Origin: Enterobacterales bacterium
Lineage (GTDB): Bacteria > Pseudomonadota > Gammaproteobacteria > Enterobacterales > GCA-002770795
Direction: 5' to 3'
Assembly (NCBI GenBank): GCA_041556195.1
Contig: JBFFIY010000001.1
Coordinates: 31,877 to 95,876, forward strand
Length of the DNA: 64,000 nucleotides
In this document: piece after piece, positions 18,607 to 29,670 of the stretch
Layout: every line of letters starts with the position of its first letter
Numbering within the stretch: position 1 is the first letter of the stretch
Made by a program: the position numbers and the translations under genes
Notes under the pieces: model-generated
The model's input: only the letters and a program-made list of their open reading frames with translations
Database searches by the model: none
What the model was told of the DNA's origin: nothing

Positions 18607-20058
18607 TTAGCCCTTCCAGTTATCCCGAATGAGTTCTCTTGGGAGTTTGTTTTTTAAACGAGATCCAACAACTCGGGTTAAGCCAAGAGGGTATCCTTGC
18701 AATTTAATTAGACAATCTCCCTTAAAATCTAAAGTTTTTTCAAGAGGAAGATCTTTTCCTGTGATGAATTGTTGTAATTGTGTTTTAGTGATTTCAATGT
18801 AACCCCGATGGAATTGTGCTCCAAAAGCCATGGCGAATTCATGACTGATCCTGAAATCTGTATTTTTCCCTTTTTGTCTGACTTCCCCCAGTTTTATACC
18901 AGAGCGATTAGGTTGTAGTTTTTTAAGCAGACCATTCAAATGTTGTGGAAACATCCACAACTCGCTGTGCTTAGGTTGTTCTTTGGTTAATAGAACCCCG
19001 GAGAAAGCGGTGATATTAAAGTTAAATTGCTGCGTTAAAAACTCTTCAAAACTTTGTTTTAACTGAGTACTCATATGGTTCCAATGGCCACTGGTTTCAA
19101 TATTTAAGGGAGTAGATGTTTCCAGTTGACCTTGTTTTTGGAAGCAGGCCACAAAGAAGCCCTCGCTATCAAACAGGTGGGGCAAAATATGTAGGTAACC
19201 TTCTTTTGTTGCTGCTTTTTCGGCCTGTGAAAATAATTGTTCTAATGGAACTACGCTGCATTGATTGTGATATTTTTCTAATAAAAATTGACAAACCTGC
19301 TGGTTTTCTTCTCTTGAAATGGTGCATGTTGAGTACACCAGACGGCCGCCAGGTTTGAGTGCTTCAAAAGCTGAAATAATTAGCTCTTTTTGTAGTTTCG
19401 CCATTTGTAGTACTGGTTTGATTGACCAGTTTTTTAAAGCATCGGTGTTTTTTCTAACCGTGCCTTCACCAGTACAGGGGGCATCTAATAAGATGGCATC
19501 GAAACTTTCTTTAGCAATTGAACCAAAGTCCCGGCCATCCTTATGTGTCAGGCAACTGTTGATAGATCCTGTTCGACATAGGTTTCCATAAAGATATTTT
19601 AAACGTGAAGCGGAAATCTCGTTTGCAATAACCAGGGTTTGATTTTGTGTTTTTGCAATGAGCTGAGTGGTTTTTGAGCCTGGAGATGCGGCCATATCCA
19701 GAACTCTTTGTGGTGTTTCGCTCATAAAATTGAGTAATGCTTCAGGTGGCAGCATTGAGCTTGCTTCCTGTACATAAAACAGGCCCAGAATATGCTCGAT
19801 ACAGTTGCCAATAGATGTTTGCGCTTCTTCTGCCTCGGGCCGTTCCAGCCAAAATCCTTGTTCACACCAGGGGATGGGAGTGAGTTTCCATTGGTATTTT
19901 TTCACGCGTTCAAGGAAGTCAGGCGTTGAAATTTTAAGTGTGTTGACTCTGATACTTTTACGAAGAGGGCGTTGGCAGATCGCAAAAAAATCTGCCAGTT
20001 CATCCTTTGCAAGTTGACGACTAATATGGTCGATATAGTCCTGTGAAATTTCACTCAT
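18607..20058 (-). CDS. rsmF: 16S rRNA (cytosine1407-C5)-methyltransferase RsmF (NOL1/NOP2/Sun family)
   Basis: CQRPLRKSIRVNTLKIS..LTPIPWCEQGFWLER..GLFYVQEASSMLP closely tracks E. coli YebU/RsmF. The 483-aa length fits. Confidence 0.88.
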   Translation of the reverse strand: MSEISQDYIDHISRQLAKDELADFFAICQRPLRKSIRVNTLKISTPDFLERVKKYQWKLTPIPWCEQGFWLERPEAEEAQTSIGNCIEHILGLFYVQEASSMLPPEALLNFMSETPQRVLDMAASPGSKTTQLIAKTQNQTLVIANEISASRLKYLYGNLCRTGSINSCLTHKDGRDFGSIAKESFDAILLDAPCTGEGTVRKNTDALKNWSIKPVLQMAKLQKELIISAFEALKPGGRLVYSTCTISREENQQVCQFLLEKYHNQCSVVPLEQLFSQAEKAATKEGYLHILPHLFDSEGFFVACFQKQGQLETSTPLNIETSGHWNHMSTQLKQSFEEFLTQQFNFNITAFSGVLLTKEQPKHSELWMFPQHLNGLLKKLQPNRSGIKLGEVRQKGKNTDFRISHEFAMAFGAQFHRGYIEITKTQLQQFITGKDLPLEKTLDFKGDCLIKLQGYPLGLTRVVGSRLKNKLPRELIRDNWKG

Positions 20059-20075
20059 ATTATCGTAGTCGTGTT

Positions 20076-23000
20076 TTATTCATCATTTAATGACAGCAGT
20101 GCGGTGTTACCACCAATCGCTGCTGTATTGTTGGAGATGGTGCGTTCGGTGCAAAAACGGTGCAGGTAGAAAGGGCCTCCGGCTTTTGGACCAGTTCCCG
20201 ATAGTCCCTGTCCACCAAAGGGTTGCACGCCCACTACTGCACCAATCATATCGCGGTTAATGTATATATTTCCTACTCTCACATTATTGGCAATATAGTT
20301 AGCAAAACCCTCATTACGGCTGTGTATGCCCAGGGTCAGGCCATAACCATAGTTGTTGATATCCTGTACAACCTTTTTAATTTCTTTCGATTTATATCTA
20401 ACGATGTGTAAGATGGGGCCAAAATTTTCCTGGGTGAGGTCATTGATACTATCAATCTCAAATGCCGTTGGCGGTAAAAAATACCCAATAGTTGGATCAA
20501 CGGTCATAGGTGCCTGGGCCAGAAGTTTTCTGGTTTTGCTCAGTTTATCAATATGAGCCTGTAAATCATCTCTGGCAGCCTTATCAATGACGGGTCCGGA
20601 GTCGGTAGCTAATAAACTAGGATCACCCAATTGCCATTCAGCCATTGCGCCTTTTAATAGCTCCAGTACTCTGGGTGCCAGCTCTTCTTGTATATAGGCA
20701 ATTCTCAAAGCAGAACAACGCTGACCGGCACTGGTGAATGCTGAGCGCATAATGTCGGCAACGATTTGTTCAGGTAAGGCAGAGCTGTCTACGATCATAC
20801 AGTTTTGACCACCGGTTTCAGCAATCAGGGAACCAATTGGCGCGTCAGTTCTGGCGGCTAATGTCTGGTTGATCTGAACAGCGGTTTCGGTGGAGCCGGT
20901 AAAAGAGACGCCTGCGATACGGCGATCTGTTAATATCTTTTTGCCAATTAACGAGCCACGACCAGGTATAAAGTGTAAAACTTCCTTGGGTACGCCTGCC
21001 TGATGTAAGATCTCAACAGCTTTGTAACCGATTAAGCTGGTTTGTCCGGCAGGTTTTGCCAATACCGCATTACCTGCAGCGATTGCCGCAGCTATCTGGC
21101 CTGTGAAAATGGCTAATGGGAAATTCCATGGGCTAATACAGGCAAAAACTCCTCGACCTTCCAGCCGTATGGTATCTCTCTGGCCCGTAGGTCCTGGCAG
21201 AATGATATCTTTAAAATCTTTTTCTGCCTGGGTTGCATAATAACGCAGAAAATCTACAGCTTCTCTGACTTCAGCAATGCCATCTTCATAGGTTTTACCT
21301 GCTTCACGGGTACAAATGGCAATTAATTCAGCTTCCTGCTGTTCCATTATGTCCGCTGCTTTTCTTAAGCATGTGGCTCTTGTTTCTACCGGGGTATCCC
21401 GCCAGCTTTCATAATTGTTATAGGCAACTTCGAGGGATTGTAGTAATTGTTTCTCATTGATTTCGCAGCGTGTCCCAATCTTTTGTTTGATATCATAGGG
21501 GCACCAACAATCTGTAAAACTTTCCTGATTCATCAATTTTTCCCCATTGATGATGGGGGTAGCATGCCATTGTTTATCAAGATAGCTGGAAACGGCTTTG
21601 ACAAAAGGTACCTTGTCAGACTCAGCTCTTAAGTTGCTACCCTTTGAATTCAATCGACTGCTACTTTCTGTATGGGCGGTATACATATCAGGTGGTAAAG
21701 GGATTTTATGATTGGCCAGTGTCTTACAGGCTTTCAACGAATTGACAGGGTGCAGCGCCAGAGATTCAGGCGTTATACTTTCATCTACAAGCTGGTGGAT
21801 AAAAGAAGAGTTAGAACCATTTTCTAACAAACGTCGAACCAGATAGGGCAGTAACTCATTATAGAGTCCGACTGGTGCATAGATGCGACAACTAACCGGG
21901 GTATTTAATTCTCGTTGTTCTGCGAGTACTTCATTGTACAAAACCTCCCCCATGCCATGTAATCGTTGAAACTCAAAATTCCGGTTGCTTCCACTTAAAG
22001 ATAAAATGCTGGCAATGGTTTGGGCGTTATGGGTGGCAAACTGAGGGTAGAGTCGGCCTTCGAGAGTTAATAAATATTTGGCACAGGCAAGATAAGAAAC
22101 ATCACTGGCGGCTTTGCGGGTAAATACGGGATAACTATCATAACCACCCTGTTGCGACCATTTGATTTCAGAGTCCCAGTAAGCCCCCTTAACTAGTCTA
22201 ACAGGTATGCGAGTACCAACTTCGGTTGATAACTGGTTGAGCCAACATAAAATGGGTAAAGCTCTTTTAGAGTAGGCCTGAACCACAATTCCTAATCCAT
22301 CCCAATCTTTGCAAACGGGATGGCGATAGAGCTGCTCAAATAATTCAAGAGAGATTTCCAGTCGGTCGGCCTCTTCCGCATCAATACTAATGGCGACATC
22401 AACTTCTCTGGCCTGAGTGATTAACTGGTTGAGGCGCTGTCCTAATTCTTCCAGAACGCGTTCTCGCTTGAAGACATCGTAACGGGGATGTAGTGCTGAA
22501 AGCTTGATCGAGATACTGGGTGGGTGTACTCCTTCAGGTTGTTCTTGCTGGCCTAATGTTTTAATAGCATTAGAATAAGCTTCCTGATAATTTCTGGCAT
22601 CTGTTTCAGTAAAGGCTGCTTCACCTAACATATCAAAAGAATGTGTGTAGCCTTTTTTGTGAGAGTCCTTCCCACGTTTAAGTGCTTCATTAATGGTGCG
22701 TCCTAACACAAACTGCTTACCCATAAATTTCATAACCTGATTTAATGCGGTTCTTAATACAGGTTCACCAGCTTTATTCAGTGTTTTGGCGAGAAGGTTA
22801 GTAGATTTATCGGTAAAGTCTGCATCAAGTTTGACGAATTTTCCTGTTAAGACCAGTCCCCAGGAGGAGGCATTAACCAGCCAGGAATCACTTTTACCCA
22901 AATAACTGGACCAATCCGCAGAAGCTAGTTTGTCTTTAATTAAACTATTGGCGGAATTAGCATCGGGTATTCTCAGTAGTGCTTCTGCCAGACACATTAG

Positions 23001-23270
23001 CACCACCCCTTCAGAGGTGTCTAAACTATATTGATGGAGGAAAGATTCAATGGTATCTCGTTGATCGCTTTTAGAGCGAACACGGTTAATCAGATCGATA
23101 GTATGTTTAGTGACCTTTGGAAAAGTTTCGCTATCTGACTCTGCCAAATCTATTAATTCTTGCAAATAAGCTGATTCATCAACCTGGTAATTTTCAAAAA
23201 TAAGCGTTTTCCAGTCATCAAGACTATTTGCTAATGGGGTGTCTGATAAAACTTGCGATGCTTTAAACAT
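20076..23270 (-). CDS. putA: Bifunctional proline dehydrogenase / 1-pyrroline-5-carboxylate dehydrogenase PutA (no N-terminal RHH DNA-binding domain)
   Basis: About 1060 aa with a PRODH barrel followed by an aldehyde-dehydrogenase domain (FTGSTE, EAGGQN-type ETGGQN, CSALR). I prefer ATG 23270 (AAAGG upstream) to the track's TTG at 23324. Confidence 0.9.
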   Translation of the reverse strand: MFKASQVLSDTPLANSLDDWKTLIFENYQVDESAYLQELIDLAESDSETFPKVTKHTIDLINRVRSKSDQRDTIESFLHQYSLDTSEGVVLMCLAEALLRIPDANSANSLIKDKLASADWSSYLGKSDSWLVNASSWGLVLTGKFVKLDADFTDKSTNLLAKTLNKAGEPVLRTALNQVMKFMGKQFVLGRTINEALKRGKDSHKKGYTHSFDMLGEAAFTETDARNYQEAYSNAIKTLGQQEQPEGVHPPSISIKLSALHPRYDVFKRERVLEELGQRLNQLITQAREVDVAISIDAEEADRLEISLELFEQLYRHPVCKDWDGLGIVVQAYSKRALPILCWLNQLSTEVGTRIPVRLVKGAYWDSEIKWSQQGGYDSYPVFTRKAASDVSYLACAKYLLTLEGRLYPQFATHNAQTIASILSLSGSNRNFEFQRLHGMGEVLYNEVLAEQRELNTPVSCRIYAPVGLYNELLPYLVRRLLENGSNSSFIHQLVDESITPESLALHPVNSLKACKTLANHKIPLPPDMYTAHTESSSRLNSKGSNLRAESDKVPFVKAVSSYLDKQWHATPIINGEKLMNQESFTDCWCPYDIKQKIGTRCEINEKQLLQSLEVAYNNYESWRDTPVETRATCLRKAADIMEQQEAELIAICTREAGKTYEDGIAEVREAVDFLRYYATQAEKDFKDIILPGPTGQRDTIRLEGRGVFACISPWNFPLAIFTGQIAAAIAAGNAVLAKPAGQTSLIGYKAVEILHQAGVPKEVLHFIPGRGSLIGKKILTDRRIAGVSFTGSTETAVQINQTLAARTDAPIGSLIAETGGQNCMIVDSSALPEQIVADIMRSAFTSAGQRCSALRIAYIQEELAPRVLELLKGAMAEWQLGDPSLLATDSGPVIDKAARDDLQAHIDKLSKTRKLLAQAPMTVDPTIGYFLPPTAFEIDSINDLTQENFGPILHIVRYKSKEIKKVVQDINNYGYGLTLGIHSRNEGFANYIANNVRVGNIYINRDMIGAVVGVQPFGGQGLSGTGPKAGGPFYLHRFCTERTISNNTAAIGGNTALLSLNDE

Positions 23271-23541
23271 AGTCGTCAAACCTTTGGATCTATGACCACA
23301 GCTGTGGTGAGTTAGTAACATCAAATCCAGTAACCATATTCATGGTTGCTTTTCGTGGATTCAAAATGTAATCTCTGTTTTAGTTTTTGCTGGCGCTTGA
23401 TATAACAAAAGAGGATTATACCCCTTGTTGGTTATTTTCAAAGCGCATTATTGTCTTATTTTTAAGCCGTTTTTATTAGAACTGGTCGGTGTTGTTGGCC
23501 TATACAGAGTCCCATTTAACCCAAAACTTAAGAGTTCGTAA

Positions 23542-24114
23542 ATGTCCTGGATCAAAACCATAGAATTAGAAGAATCTGAAGGGAAGCTTAAGAAGATTTA
23601 CCAGAGAGCCAAGGGGCCAAATGGTAAGGTAGATAATATTATGCTTGCTCATAGCTTGCGTCCACATTCCATGGAAGGCCATATGTCGCTGTATAAGAAT
23701 GTATTACATCATGCAAACAATGAGTTACCCAAGTGGTATCTGGAAACTATTGGGGTTTATGTGAGTTTGTTAAATCAATGTCATTATTGTATTGAACATC
23801 ATTATGCGGGTTTAAAACGACTGTTAGAAAATGATGGTCATGCTGAAAAAATTAATAAAGCCTTAGTTGAAGGTGATCTTGAATCAGAATTTTCAGGGGC
23901 CGAATTGTCGGGACTGCAGTATGCCAAAGCCCTAACTGTTGCTCCAGCATCGGTTACAGAGGAAATAATTCAAGATTGTCGTGAACAGGGATTTGATGAT
24001 GGGAAAATTCTCGAAATTAATCAGGTCACGGCCTATTTCAATTATGCTAACCGGACTGTTCTGGGGTTAGGTGTGACTCTTAAGAATGAGACACTGGGAC
24101 TATCTCCCACATAA
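23542..24114 (+). CDS. Carboxymuconolactone decarboxylase/AhpD-like peroxidase-related protein
   Basis: CHYCIEHH (CxxC-H) motif. Length and layout match the CMD-domain peroxidase-related family. Confidence 0.7.
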   Translation: MSWIKTIELEESEGKLKKIYQRAKGPNGKVDNIMLAHSLRPHSMEGHMSLYKNVLHHANNELPKWYLETIGVYVSLLNQCHYCIEHHYAGLKRLLENDGHAEKINKALVEGDLESEFSGAELSGLQYAKALTVAPASVTEEIIQDCREQGFDDGKILEINQVTAYFNYANRTVLGLGVTLKNETLGLSPT

Positions 24115-24118
24115 CTCA

Positions 24119-24140
24119 GTTCTTCGTGTTCTTCGTACCC
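24119..24140. repeat. Solo arm of the cttcgtgttcttcgt(g/a)ccc repeat family
   Basis: gttcttcgtgttcttcgtaccc matches the right arm of the 62817-62950 element with 1 mismatch over ~19 nt. Confidence 0.6.
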
Positions 24141-24278
24141 AAAGCACTCGCTGTGTTCATGGGGCAGGCTCTGGTGAAAATCTCTTAAACAGAATTCAGG
24201 TTACATAGTTTCAGTTAATACTAAAAACTCATGTTAACAATTAAGCTGGAGGTTAACTCCAGCCGCTAAATCCAGCCG

Positions 24279-24911
24279 TTAATTCCATCCATCGTGTTTC
24301 TTTCTGGTTCTCCCCAAAAACAATCCAATGAATAAACCAACGAAAGCGACGATGCCGCCCATGTAAAAAGGTTCAAATCGTTTGTTATCGGAGAGTCGTA
24401 AATATTTTTGTTGTTCAATTTCAAGTTTGTTCTGTAGTTCCGTTACCTGGCCTTGTAGGCTATTGTATTGTTTAGTCAGAGCATTAATTTGTTTTTGCTT
24501 TTCTGACTGTAATAAAGAGTGATTGGTAGCCTCTTTTTTAAGTTTTACAAGTTCCTTTGTGACATTTTCCAGCTGTTCTACAGCACCGGAATTATTGACC
24601 AAAAATGCCGTTTGGATCCAGCCGGTTTTACCATTACCAAGTTCGACATGTGTGGTTTTATTTTCAACATCATGCTCCAATACAGTGATCTTGGTTCCAG
24701 ATGTTAAACGGCCAATAAAGCGGTAGGCATTGGTTGGGCCACTGCGTAAATCAACTTCAAGCGCATCGGTGACATACATGATGTCATTTGTCGCAGAAAA
24801 GAGAGGCGAACTCCAACATAAAAGTAGTATTGAAGAAAAAGTGCAGCGTATTTTTACACCTGACATTTTCTTATTAAATAGTTTTGATAATAAAGCTCGC
24901 ATATTCATCAA
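24279..24911 (-). CDS. SH3-domain protein with coiled coil and C-terminal membrane anchor (YgiM-like)
   Basis: Signal peptide, SH3-like YVTD..LRSGP..G..V..L core, Q/E/K-rich coiled coil, then the TM helix GGIVAFVGLFIGLFLG. Confidence 0.7.
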   Translation of the reverse strand: MMNMRALLSKLFNKKMSGVKIRCTFSSILLLCWSSPLFSATNDIMYVTDALEVDLRSGPTNAYRFIGRLTSGTKITVLEHDVENKTTHVELGNGKTGWIQTAFLVNNSGAVEQLENVTKELVKLKKEATNHSLLQSEKQKQINALTKQYNSLQGQVTELQNKLEIEQQKYLRLSDNKRFEPFYMGGIVAFVGLFIGLFLGRTRKKHDGWN

Positions 24912-24973
24912 AATATACCTTTAAATAGTGCTATTTGTTGTGCTTATCTAAGAGTCATGCTCTGTCAGGAGCT

Positions 24974-25020
24974 ATACCCGTGATACCTGGAAATCCCGCA
25001 TTTCAAAGTATCACGGGTAT
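24974..25020. repeat. Perfect 13-bp inverted repeat between pit and the SH3 gene
   Basis: atacccgtgatac (24974-24986) / gtatcacgggtat (25008-25020) with a 21-nt loop. Confidence 0.6.
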
Positions 25021-25032
25021 ATATTATAATAG

Positions 25033-26304
25033 CTATGCTAAAAACACACCTTTCAGGGCATAAAAGAACAAAATAGCAAGAAGACCACCAGCAGGCAGGG
25101 TGATAATCCAGGACAGTGCTATGGTTCTGAGAACGCCTAAATCCAATGCTGCAATTCCTCGGGCTAAACCTACCCCTAAAACAGCGCCAACCAGAGTATG
25201 GGTTGTTGAAATAGGTAATCCGGTTGAAGAGGCAATAACAACGGTTGTACCTGCTGCAAGTTCAGCGGCAAAACCTCGACTAGGTGTGAGCTCAGTAATT
25301 TTTTTACCAATGGTAGCCATTACTTTATGGCCGTAGGTTACTAATCCAAAAACAATTCCCAGCGCACCCAGGAGAAGTATCCATGGTGGTAAGGGAGATT
25401 TTGCACCAATTTGACCACCTTCATTAACAATGCTGACAACTGCCGCGAGGGGGCCAATGGCATTGGCTACATCATTAGAGCCATGAGCGAAAGCCATACC
25501 GCAAGCTGTGGTGATCATCAAAATGGCAAAAACTTTTTCGACACTGGCAAAATGGTAATCCTGATTTTCACCCTCCTCAACTTTTATTTTGTTGATGAAG
25601 TAAACGCCTGTTAATGCCACAGCAAGTCCAACAAAAAGAGCAATAGAGAGTGATTCTCCAGTAGATAATTTTATACCAACATGTTTCAAGCCCTTAAATA
25701 CTGTGACAAGTGACAAAATAAAACCAGTTAAAAACATATAGAAAGGAACATATTTTTTGGCATTTTTGACCGGATCATCAGTTTCAAAAATCAGTTTACG
25801 TACACTTTGAATTAAGAAAAAGGATAGGGTACCTGCTAATATTGGAGATACGACCCAACTGGCAACAATGGTTCCTACCTTGCCCCATTGTACTACATCC
25901 ATTCCGATCCCAACGGCACTAAAACCTACTATTGCACCGACGATTGAGTGAGTAGTTGATACTGGCCAGCCAAAATATGAGGCTATCATGAGCCAGATCC
26001 CGGCGGCTAATAAAGCCGAAATCATACCAAAGACCAGTAAATCAGGACTATCCACCATCATATTTGCATCAATGATCCCTTTTCTGATGGTGGATGTTAC
26101 TTCACCGCCAGCCAGAAAAGCCCCGGTAAATTCAAAGATAACCGCAATAATAATGGCACGACGAACAGTTAAAGCGCCTGCTCCAACAGAAGTACCCATG
26201 GCATTAGCAACATCATTTGCGCCTACACCCCAGGCCATTAACAATCCAACGAGTGCTGCCAACCAGATAAGTGTTTGTCCGTGTTGAGTAAAAAATTCGA
26301 CCAC
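25033..26304 (-). CDS. pit: Inorganic phosphate transporter, PiT (PHO4) family
   Basis: Duplicated GANDVANA signature (GVGANDVANAMGTSVG and HGSNDVANAIGP). Polytopic, 423 aa. Confidence 0.9.
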   Translation of the reverse strand: MVEFFTQHGQTLIWLAALVGLLMAWGVGANDVANAMGTSVGAGALTVRRAIIIAVIFEFTGAFLAGGEVTSTIRKGIIDANMMVDSPDLLVFGMISALLAAGIWLMIASYFGWPVSTTHSIVGAIVGFSAVGIGMDVVQWGKVGTIVASWVVSPILAGTLSFFLIQSVRKLIFETDDPVKNAKKYVPFYMFLTGFILSLVTVFKGLKHVGIKLSTGESLSIALFVGLAVALTGVYFINKIKVEEGENQDYHFASVEKVFAILMITTACGMAFAHGSNDVANAIGPLAAVVSIVNEGGQIGAKSPLPPWILLLGALGIVFGLVTYGHKVMATIGKKITELTPSRGFAAELAAGTTVVIASSTGLPISTTHTLVGAVLGVGLARGIAALDLGVLRTIALSWIITLPAGGLLAILFFYALKGVFLA

Positions 26305-26456
26305 TTTAGTTCACCTTCAATAGGGTTAACATTTTATGCTTATTCGCTATTTATGCGTAATTAGCTATGAAATGTTGAAATAGTTAAACCAATTAAACCA
26401 CTAAATTCCCCAGAATTTAGCGGGTTAAAGATATTGATATCAAAAGTTTAAATTTT

Positions 26457-27137
26457 TTAGTTGGCCATCATGATTTCAAGGCGAGTTCCTACACTTTGAG
26501 CTCGATCAGCCAGTTCGCCAATCCAGTCAAGAATTTTGTAGAAAAAAATCACATCAACGGGAGGCAGATCTTTTTCAAGATCAAATAATTTTCTTCTTAA
26601 CACTCTTTGCATGGTATCTGTATCGGATTCAATGGCCGAGAGTTCTTTGATCATTTTTTCAACCAATTGGACTTCTCTACCTCTAAATCCTGTTGCGAGC
26701 AATTCATCTAATTCGTGGATAGCAATTTTAGCCTGAGCACAGGCATCAACACTACGATTGATGTAGGCAGTGAATGCTTCTGATACTGATTCAGGAAATT
26801 GCATTTGTCTACCCAATGACAATCCAGCTATATCTTGTGCTTTGTTGGCAATCTTATCCTGTTTGCTGAGAAGATCTAATAGATCTGAACGCGAAACAGC
26901 CAGAAATAATCCTTTGGGAAGGCTTAAACGGAGCTCTCTTTTAATGGAGTCGGCCTTGCTTTCTAACAGGCAGATCTCATCATAGCTTTTTTCTGCCTGT
27001 TCCCAATTACCGGCTTTAGCATATTCAAAAAAACCAGGGAGAAGCTTGGCACAGCGGTGAACCATGGTCATATGTTGTTGAATGGGGTCCAGCGGTGACT
27101 TAGCCAAAAGGCCAAATAAAGGTGTCATTGCAGCCAT
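26457..27137 (-). CDS. PhoU-like phosphate transport regulator (DUF47/TIGR00153 family), the usual partner of PiT
   Basis: 226-aa helical protein located immediately upstream of pit in the same orientation. The N-terminus (..LFG.L..SP) is typical of this family. Confidence 0.75.
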   Translation of the reverse strand: MAAMTPLFGLLAKSPLDPIQQHMTMVHRCAKLLPGFFEYAKAGNWEQAEKSYDEICLLESKADSIKRELRLSLPKGLFLAVSRSDLLDLLSKQDKIANKAQDIAGLSLGRQMQFPESVSEAFTAYINRSVDACAQAKIAIHELDELLATGFRGREVQLVEKMIKELSAIESDTDTMQRVLRRKLFDLEKDLPPVDVIFFYKILDWIGELADRAQSVGTRLEIMMAN

Positions 27138-27331
27138 TAAATTTGCTCAGAGTAATTTGTATTGTGCAGATTATAGCGAGTATTTTGGTTTTGCTCCAAA
27201 AATATTTAATATAAAAATCTTTTAGTAAAATACAGATCCTGGTTTGAGCTTTGTATTTACAGAGTAATTGAGAGTAAACCAGAGTAGAATAGCCCAAATC
27301 ATTTGGAGCCAATTAAAGCCTGTTCAGCTAA

Positions 27332-28180
27332 ATGCACACAAAAAATCAATTTGCATTAAATTGCAAAGGCAAACAATTAGATCTTTCTCAGCCTAAAATA
27401 ATGGGTATTTTGAATGTAACCCCCGATTCATTTTCTGATGGTGGTCGTTTTGTCAATCCTGAACAAGCGATTATCAGGGCAGAGCAAATGATTCAGCAGG
27501 GAGCTGACATTTTGGATATTGGAGGTGAATCCACCCGTCCTGGTGCTGAAGAAGTGAGTGAGCAGCAGGAATTAGATCGTGTTATCCCTCTGATTGAAAT
27601 GCTTAAAGATTTGCCACCCCCCATCTCAGTTGATACTCGTAAAGCTAAAGTAATGCAAGAGGCCATTGCTGCCGGAGCTTGCATGATAAATGATGTCAAC
27701 GCTTTGAACTGCGCTACAACCAGGCAGGTTGCGGCCCAATTAGATGTACCCGTTTGTTTGATGCATATGCAGGGAAAGCCTGAAACGATGCAAAGTGAGC
27801 CTCATTATGATGATGTATTTGGTGAAGTGAGCAGTTTCTTAAGCCAGCAAGCACAAGCCGCACAGGCAGCAGGAGTAAAAAGTAGCAACATTATTTTAGA
27901 TCCTGGATTTGGATTTGGTAAGACTCTGGCGCATAATGTGGCACTTTTTAAACAATTACCAAAACTGGTCAGTTTAGGATATCCAATATTAGTGGGTCTA
28001 TCCAGAAAAAGAATGTTAGGCGCAATAACAGGTAAAGACGTTGCCGAGAGAATGCCGGCAAGTATTTGTAGTGGGCTTTTAGCCATTCAAAATGGTGCTA
28101 GTATATTAAGAGTGCATGATGTGGCAGAGACAAAAGATATGCTTCGTATTTTGGAAACATTGACCATTAACTTATCCTGA
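27332..28180 (+). CDS. folP: Dihydropteroate synthase
   Basis: IMGILNVTPDSFSDGG, DIGGESTRPGA, LSRKR. Conserved position before glmM. Confidence 0.93.
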   Translation: MHTKNQFALNCKGKQLDLSQPKIMGILNVTPDSFSDGGRFVNPEQAIIRAEQMIQQGADILDIGGESTRPGAEEVSEQQELDRVIPLIEMLKDLPPPISVDTRKAKVMQEAIAAGACMINDVNALNCATTRQVAAQLDVPVCLMHMQGKPETMQSEPHYDDVFGEVSSFLSQQAQAAQAAGVKSSNIILDPGFGFGKTLAHNVALFKQLPKLVSLGYPILVGLSRKRMLGAITGKDVAERMPASICSGLLAIQNGASILRVHDVAETKDMLRILETLTINLS

Positions 28181-28230
28181 ACTCAGGTTAACTTAGGTCG
28201 AACCAATGAATTTTCTAAGTTGGAGTAAAA

Positions 28231-29574
28231 ATGAGTCGTAAATATTTTGGAACTGATGGTGTTCGAGGCAGGGTAGGACAATCTCCTATAACTGCTGATT
28301 TTGCCCTGAGATTAGGTTGGGCAACTGGAAAGGCGCTTGCAGCCAGCGGTAGTAAAAAAGTGCTGATTGGAAAAGACACGCGTATTTCAGGTTACATGTT
28401 CGAGGCAGCACTACAAGCGGGATTAATTGCAGCCGGAGTAGATGCTGTGCTATTAGGGCCTATGCCCACTCCCGGTATAGCCTATCTAACCCAGACTTTT
28501 CGAGCCAGTGCCGGCATTGTTATTAGTGCATCTCACAATCCTTATTATGACAATGGCATTAAGTTTTTTAATGAAGACGGTACTAAACTGGATGATGAAA
28601 TCGAGCTGGAAATTGAGCGCTGGTTGGATCAACCCATGGATACAGTTGCGACGGATCAACTTGGTAAGGCGAGGCGACTTAGTGATGCCCGAGGCCGTTA
28701 TATAGAATTTTGTAAAAGCCGAGTCCCTAGAAGTTTTTCCTTAAAGGGTTTGAAAATTGTCCTGGATTGTTCACATGGCGCTACCTACCATATTGCCCCG
28801 GCGGTTTTTGAAGAGTTAGGGGGAGATATTATCGCCATAGGTATTGAACCTGATGGTATTAATATCAATAATAACTGCGGCTCTACTCACCCGGAATTTC
28901 TTAAACAAACAGTACTGGAACATCAAGCTGATCTGGGTATTGCTTTTGATGGTGATGGCGATAGGGTTTTGATGGTTGATAGATTTGGCAATATTCTTGA
29001 TGGAGATCTGTTGTTATATATATTAGCTGCTCATGAAAAAAAGTCGGGTCGTTTAAAAGGCGGGGTGGTTGGCACATTGATGAGTAATTTGGGGCTTGAA
29101 CTGGCCTTAAAGGAGCTGGATATTCCTTTTGTTCGGGCTAACGTTGGTGATCGTCATGTTATGGCATTACTAAAAAAGCATGATTGGTATTGGGGCGGAG
29201 AAGGCTCCGGGCATATTATTTGCCGTGAATCGACCAGTACAGGTGATGGTATTGTTGCTGCTCTTCAAGTTTTGGTGAGTTTGGTAGAGAGCGGTCAACA
29301 ACTGCATCAGGCTGTTGCTGATGTTACAGTGATGCCGCAAGTATTAATCAACGTAGTAGTGAGTCATCGTTTCGATCCCCTATCCAACCCAAAAATTAAA
29401 CAAGCTATTGAAGAAGTAGAAAAAGAACTAAAAGATAAAGGAAGAGTACTATTAAGAGCATCAGGCACCGAACCCTTGATCAGAGTCATGGTAGAAGGTG
29501 AAGACAAAAGCGAAATTAGCCGCCTTGCAGAGAAGTTGGCAGATACAGTTAAGACTTTTGGGGCTGAAATTTAA
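28231..29574 (+). CDS. glmM: Phosphoglucosamine mutase
   Basis: YFGTDGVRG start, active-site [22 protein letters not shown]. Confidence 0.95.
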   Translation: MSRKYFGTDGVRGRVGQSPITADFALRLGWATGKALAASGSKKVLIGKDTRISGYMFEAALQAGLIAAGVDAVLLGPMPTPGIAYLTQTFRASAGIVISASHNPYYDNGIKFFNEDGTKLDDEIELEIERWLDQPMDTVATDQLGKARRLSDARGRYIEFCKSRVPRSFSLKGLKIVLDCSHGATYHIAPAVFEELGGDIIAIGIEPDGININNNCGSTHPEFLKQTVLEHQADLGIAFDGDGDRVLMVDRFGNILDGDLLLYILAAHEKKSGRLKGGVVGTLMSNLGLELALKELDIPFVRANVGDRHVMALLKKHDWYWGGEGSGHIICRESTSTGDGIVAALQVLVSLVESGQQLHQAVADVTVMPQVLINVVVSHRFDPLSNPKIKQAIEEVEKELKDKGRVLLRASGTEPLIRVMVEGEDKSEISRLAEKLADTVKTFGAEI

Positions 29575-29670
29575 AATTGGGCGCTAGTAGGGCACAGGAT
29601 CTGTGTTTTTGCTTGTAAGTTGTTTTTGACTCTTGTAATATTGCGCCCCCTCTGACAGGAGTTAGTTACT

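Noticed and set aside
23271-23324. 18-codon N-terminal extension of PutA starting at TTG 23324
   Set aside because: There is no SD, and the extension (MMLLTHHSCGHRSKGLTT) does not look like PutA. ATG 23270 has AAAGG upstream and gives a typical MFKAS... start.
29593-29610. Possible terminator after glmM (cacag gat ctgtg + T5)
   Set aside because: The stem is only 5 bp, and tpiA follows in the same orientation. The evidence is too weak to call.
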